A DNA stretch of 64,000 bases from assembly GCF_000169175.1 (NCBI RefSeq), contig NZ_AAWS01000006.1, positions 199,192 to 263,191 of the forward strand, in the 5' to 3' direction. Origin of the DNA: Microscilla marina ATCC 23134 (GTDB lineage Bacteria; Bacteroidota; Bacteroidia; Cytophagales; Microscillaceae). A program made the position numbers and the translations under genes. Below are positions 59,799 through 64,000 of the stretch, in pieces (within the stretch, counting starts at the first letter, position 1; every line of letters begins with the position of its first letter). The notes under the pieces are model-generated. The model was not told the DNA's origin. It worked only from the letters and a program-made list of their open reading frames with translations, and did not search any database.

Positions 59799-60326
59799 TT
59801 ATTTAAACTTTCCCATTACCTCGTCAAAGGCAATAACAAAAGCGTCGTGCAAACCTTTCATTGCTAAATGTTTTTCTTTCATTTTATGATGCTTCACACG
59901 CAATGCATGGTGGGCTTTATGAAACTCAACATCTGTCATTTGTTTGTTGCCATGTTTGGCTGTTACATCTTCATGCTGTTTGATCAAAGTAGCATGTTCC
60001 TGAATAAGTTTGGCGTGGTCATCTAATAGTTTTTTGTGATCCTTAGCATCGCTTTCGTAGTCTTTTTCACGTTTACCGTTGTGAGCAGCTTCATACTTTT
60101 TGTCCATATCGGCAAACTCTTTTTCTAACGAGGCATGCTCTTTTTCCATAAAAGCGTGCTCTTTCATCATGATGTCATGCTCTTTTTTCAAGTGCTCCGT
60201 CAGCTCAGCACTATTACCTGATTTTTTAGTGTCTTCTTTAATTTTTTCTGTGCTTTTTCCGCCTCCACAGGCAAACATAAAACTAAGCACAAATACTACC
60301 ATTAGGTTGGTTAATATATTCTTCAT
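59799..60326 (-). CDS. Histidine/lysine/glutamate-rich helical-repeat lipoprotein
   Basis: Lipobox FACGGG. Recurrent EHxxxxKEH / KHHK blocks give about 19 His residues in 150 aa. Confidence 0.55.
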   Translation of the reverse strand: MKNILTNLMVVFVLSFMFACGGGKSTEKIKEDTKKSGNSAELTEHLKKEHDIMMKEHAFMEKEHASLEKEFADMDKKYEAAHNGKREKDYESDAKDHKKLLDDHAKLIQEHATLIKQHEDVTAKHGNKQMTDVEFHKAHHALRVKHHKMKEKHLAMKGLHDAFVIAFDEVMGKFK

Positions 60327-60754
60327 TGTTTAATAGTTTGTTACAATAATGTAGTTGTGAGTTTTTAACTCTAACGCAGGCCTGAAGTATTGCAAGAATA
60401 CCTGTACTGCTTTGAGCAAAAATACCTTTTGGGGTATAACAAAGCAAACCTTCAGTGCATAAACCCTCATAATATTTTTTAGAAGAGCAATTTCTGCAAA
60501 CAAAAAACTGCCTGAAACGAAAAAGTTGATGAATATGTTTAAAAAATTATAAAATTTGCATTAACTTGACGTTATCAATAGGCAATTAACTTCTCTCTTT
60601 TTTCAACATTTCACTATAACTTATTGAAACCCTAATGTTTGGAATAAGGGAAGAGGTATGTCTAAAAGGGGCAAGAACAAGGTTTTGTATGTCAAAACGA
60701 ACTATGCATTGTTTTTAGCCCTGTTTATTTGTGTTATTTGAAAAACATCATTTT

Positions 60755-62170
60755 ATGAAAAGAATCTATTCAGGTCTGCTTGTTTTTGCATTGTTTATAA
60801 TTACTATATCAGAAAGTATAGGGCAATATAGCTCTAAAAAAGTAGAGATTGCAAATGATAAATATTATGGAACAGTGGAAGTTTGTCAAGGATGCGACGG
60901 GGTAAAGCCAGTAGCAGGGCAAACTTATGTTGGCTTAAGCAACAACGAGATCCAGATAAGCGAAGGTAAAATTATGGGCAAACCTTTGCACGGAACAGCC
61001 AAACTATTTTTTAAAGAAAATAAAAAACCCTACCTCCAAGCCTCTTTCTTTGCTGGACAGTACCATCAACAATGTCAGGAATGGACCGAAGATGGAGAGT
61101 TTGTAATGAATGCGCACTACAAAAAAGGAGTAAAACACGGCAAAGTCGTGAATTATGTATTTGGCAGCATTGAAACAGAAGATGTGTATGACAATGGTCA
61201 GGTAGAAGCCACTACTTATTTTGACCCTGAAAGCAAAAAGCCCATCTCAAAAGTAAAAACCCTGAGCCAAAACGGGAATCAAAAGCGCTCTAAGGTAACA
61301 TATTACGGGCTACTCAACACGCTGGAGGCAGAGCGTCAAGAAACTTGGCAGGGTGGTCAATTAATGGCAGCTTATTACGATGGCAGCTTTATTAATAAAA
61401 ACCGAAAACCTACTGTAGAAGTAGTAGAAAAAGGTCAATATAAGATGAATCAAAAGGTAGGCACTTGGCACAAGTTGTATGACAACGGGGTAAAGGCTAC
61501 TATTGAGTACGACCACGATAAAGTGAAAAGCGAAAAGTTTACTAAAGATGGCAAACCTTTTACTGGGGAAGTTATTTTTTCGGTGTATTTTCCAAAAAAG
61601 AAAAAAAATAGGGTACATGCCAAAATACAGGTAAAAAACGGCGTACGTGATGGCAAAACCACCTATATATGGGGCAAAAACGTCCGTAGTATTCAATATA
61701 CTAATGGTAAAGTTGAAACAGCTAAAGACTTTTACACCTTTATGAAAGGGCAAACGGTAGCAAAAGAATATACTTTGAAAAAACAATGCGATGGACGAGG
61801 TAGAGGGTTGTATGTCGAGAAGGTACAGCTGACTAATAAGCATACGATTGTGTACTGCCATTACCGTAATATTATTTTGCCCACTGGCGCCGGACTTGCT
61901 ACACCAGCACCAGGTAAAAAGGACGGGTTTACTATGATAGATACCCAAACCAAGAAGGTAAACAAATTACTGAAATCTTTCTTTATTCAAAATGATGAAA
62001 CCCGACAACACGTATATTATGGCGAAATGATTCATTTTGTGTTAGTATTTGACAAAATACCCACTACCACCAAAACCGTAAGTTTTGTAGAAGGTGACGA
62101 AGCGTATGTGATTCAAAAAGATGGCTCTGATCTTTATAAGTGGGGGTGTTATGATTTAAAGTTGAAATAA
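60755..62170 (+). CDS. Secreted MORN/YwqK-like repeat protein
   Basis: Signal peptide from the second ATG. Contains repeated G-K-x-x-G-x-x-x-x-Y/W units. Confidence 0.5.
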   Translation: MKRIYSGLLVFALFIITISESIGQYSSKKVEIANDKYYGTVEVCQGCDGVKPVAGQTYVGLSNNEIQISEGKIMGKPLHGTAKLFFKENKKPYLQASFFAGQYHQQCQEWTEDGEFVMNAHYKKGVKHGKVVNYVFGSIETEDVYDNGQVEATTYFDPESKKPISKVKTLSQNGNQKRSKVTYYGLLNTLEAERQETWQGGQLMAAYYDGSFINKNRKPTVEVVEKGQYKMNQKVGTWHKLYDNGVKATIEYDHDKVKSEKFTKDGKPFTGEVIFSVYFPKKKKNRVHAKIQVKNGVRDGKTTYIWGKNVRSIQYTNGKVETAKDFYTFMKGQTVAKEYTLKKQCDGRGRGLYVEKVQLTNKHTIVYCHYRNIILPTGAGLATPAPGKKDGFTMIDTQTKKVNKLLKSFFIQNDETRQHVYYGEMIHFVLVFDKIPTTTKTVSFVEGDEAYVIQKDGSDLYKWGCYDLKLK

Positions 62171-62192
62171 TTTTTGACGATTCTTTGTAAGA

Positions 62193-62220
62193 GGCAACCT
62201 TATTCAAGGTTGCTTTTTTA
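62193..62220 (+). terminator. Rho-independent terminator
   Basis: GCAACCTT-attc-AAGGTTGC followed by TTTTTT. Confidence 0.75.
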
Positions 62221-62449
62221 TTAAGGTTTATTTAAAGTTGATGACAACTTGAGTGCTGCTTTGGCTAATGTTACCATCGTTGGAAGTTTTGATACATTAG
62301 AACCTATATATAATTGAACAAAAACGAAACTAATCCACAAAAAATAAAGTATGGGCTCGAAAGAATTGGACTTATTCCTAATTTTGTAATCGAATTAATT
62401 ATATCTTGTTGTAGATAAACTTTCTACTCAACAGCATAAATCATTTTAT

Positions 62450-63439
62450 ATGGATTCAGGAAGAATAATTTACCTAAATGGAGAGTTTCTCCCCGAAAAG
62501 CAAGCCCGCATTTCGGTATACGATTCAGCTTTGATGTTTGGTGACATGGTGTTTGAGATGACCCGCTCATTCAACAAAAAACAATTCAAAATCCGCGAAC
62601 ACCTAGAGCGCCTGTATCGTTCTATGGACTACCTCCACATTAAAATTCCTCATACTATAGACGAATTAGAAAAGATATGCTACGAAGTACTTGACCGCAA
62701 CGACAAAGTATTTGCCGAGCACGATGAGCACCGCTTGATGGTAAATATCAGCCGTGGACCGCTGTCTTTCTATTCTGAAATTTTTGATGGCAAAGTAGAG
62801 CCTACTGTAGTAATTACCGACTTCCCCTTCAAGTGGACAGTAGCCACTATGGGACCTTTGTTTGATACAGGGGTAAATGCCGCCATCCCTTCACAAAGAG
62901 CCATTCCTGCATCTTTGCAAGAGCCTAAAGTAAAAAACCGTAGCCGTATGTTTTACATGATGGCCAACATTGAAGTGTCTAACATGTCGGGCGACCGCAA
63001 TTGGGCGTTATTGCTTGATCCAGATGGATTTATTACTGAAGGTACAGGTAGTAACTTCTTTATTATTAAAGACAATAAATTGATTTGCCCTGAGCCTCGT
63101 AACATTTTGCGTGGGGTAAGCATGGAGTATGTAATCAATGAGTTGGCTCCTGCTTTAGGACTAGAGCATGAGTACCGCAATATTGAGCCTTATGATGTAA
63201 TGAACGCTGACGAAGCATTTTATACAGCGACTCCTTTTTGTATGGTGCCTTGTACTTCTATCAATAATTACAAGATTGGCGATGGTAAAGTAGGGCCAAT
63301 TTATACTAAATTGATTACTAAATGGGGTGAAAATGTAGGGGTAGACATTATTAAACAAATTAAAGATTATGGCGAAGAAGTAAGCGACTTGCGCGCCAAG
63401 CAAAAAACAATGCCAAGCACTTATCAATTTGTGAAGTAG
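62450..63439 (+). CDS. Class-IV PLP aminotransferase (branched-chain amino acid / D-amino acid aminotransferase-like)
   Basis: 329 aa. The N-terminal block EARISVYDSALMFGDMVFE and the later EGTGSNFF are typical of fold-type IV enzymes. Confidence 0.75.
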   Translation: MDSGRIIYLNGEFLPEKQARISVYDSALMFGDMVFEMTRSFNKKQFKIREHLERLYRSMDYLHIKIPHTIDELEKICYEVLDRNDKVFAEHDEHRLMVNISRGPLSFYSEIFDGKVEPTVVITDFPFKWTVATMGPLFDTGVNAAIPSQRAIPASLQEPKVKNRSRMFYMMANIEVSNMSGDRNWALLLDPDGFITEGTGSNFFIIKDNKLICPEPRNILRGVSMEYVINELAPALGLEHEYRNIEPYDVMNADEAFYTATPFCMVPCTSINNYKIGDGKVGPIYTKLITKWGENVGVDIIKQIKDYGEEVSDLRAKQKTMPSTYQFVK

Positions 63440-63469
63440 TTATACAAAAAAAAATTAGAGTAATTTTTG

Positions 63470-63497
63470 AGCCCGCGAATTTCGCGGGTTTTTTTAT
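63470..63497 (+). terminator. Rho-independent terminator
   Basis: GCCCGCGAA-ttt-CGCGGGT followed by TTTTTTT. Confidence 0.8.
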
Positions 63498-64000
63498 GCC
63501 TGTTTTTGAGGAAAGCAAGATAGGTGTAATAAAGCATAGGTTTTTTAACTATTTATTTCAAGTCACTTTTTCTCGATAACCAACCTGCTAATTGTATTTA
63601 ATGAAGAGGTTTTTTTAGCTAATATATACCTGTTAACTCAGCTTGAAAATACCTAAAAAACTAGTTCAAACCTTGTTTTTTTATACTTTCAGGCTTGTTT
63701 TTGAAACCAAATAATATGCTTTACATCATTTAAATCAGATTTAAATAAGAAATTTTTTTTACTGTTTTAACCGATAAATGTTTGGTTTATGAAACAAAAT
63801 AGCTATAATTGCGCTATAATTAGAAAATTATGTGGAACAGAAATAAAAATATAGGATAGTTCAGTGAGAAAATTCAGTCTTACATATTGTATGAAAGAAG
63901 CACCAGTTTTGGTGCCACACTCACAAAAAGTTAATATTGACTTTTTAGCGAAGGGTACGGGTATACCTCTACATCCTATCTGGATTGATATATAATTATT

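Noticed and set aside
1-64000. CRISPR arrays, rRNA and tRNA genes
   Set aside because: I saw no regularly spaced direct repeats, no rRNA-like conserved blocks and no convincing cloverleaf candidates. A tRNAscan or cmscan run would be needed to be sure.

Overview
This 64-kb window looks like a chromosomal segment of a Bacteroidota genome, probably of the Cytophagia or Sphingobacteriia type. It is AT-rich, genes often lack Shine-Dalgarno sequences, and it carries DUF1573, LolA-FtsK and MurQ/MurK-type genes. Gene density is high.

Housekeeping genes: ftsE-like ABC ATPase, transaldolase/FSA, pyrF, pyrD, ftsK, lolA-like, a class-III aminotransferase, amtB, a class-IV aminotransferase, murQ plus a murK-like kinase, and a TetR-controlled RND efflux operon.

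Accessory and unusual content:
- An intact IS200/IS605-family element with divergent tnpA and tnpB.
- A non-canonical ParA/ParB-like pair with its own palindromic operator.
- A cluster of four DnaA boxes in a 617-bp AT-rich intergenic region, a candidate oriC or DnaA-regulated locus.
- A GC-rich, hairpin-dense non-coding block next to the IS.
- A family of CTGGAC-N5-GTCCAG palindromes scattered over 20-25 kb.
- A ~100-bp direct repeat flanking a lipoprotein gene.
- Two tandem paralogous lipoproteins with eukaryote-like Arg/Ser/Tyr/Gly-rich tails.
- A CarH/LitR-type B12 photoreceptor regulator.
- An ECF sigma factor with a small membrane partner and two tandem paralogs that each contain an internal repeat.
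- A 1525-aa AsmA/TamB-like protein.
- A SiaB/SiaC-like partner-switch pair.
- An orphan NuoC homolog.
- A SulP transporter fused to an uncharacterised C-terminal domain.

No rRNA, tRNA or CRISPR array was recognised by eye. All function calls rest on recognising motifs in the translated ORFs, not on database searches.
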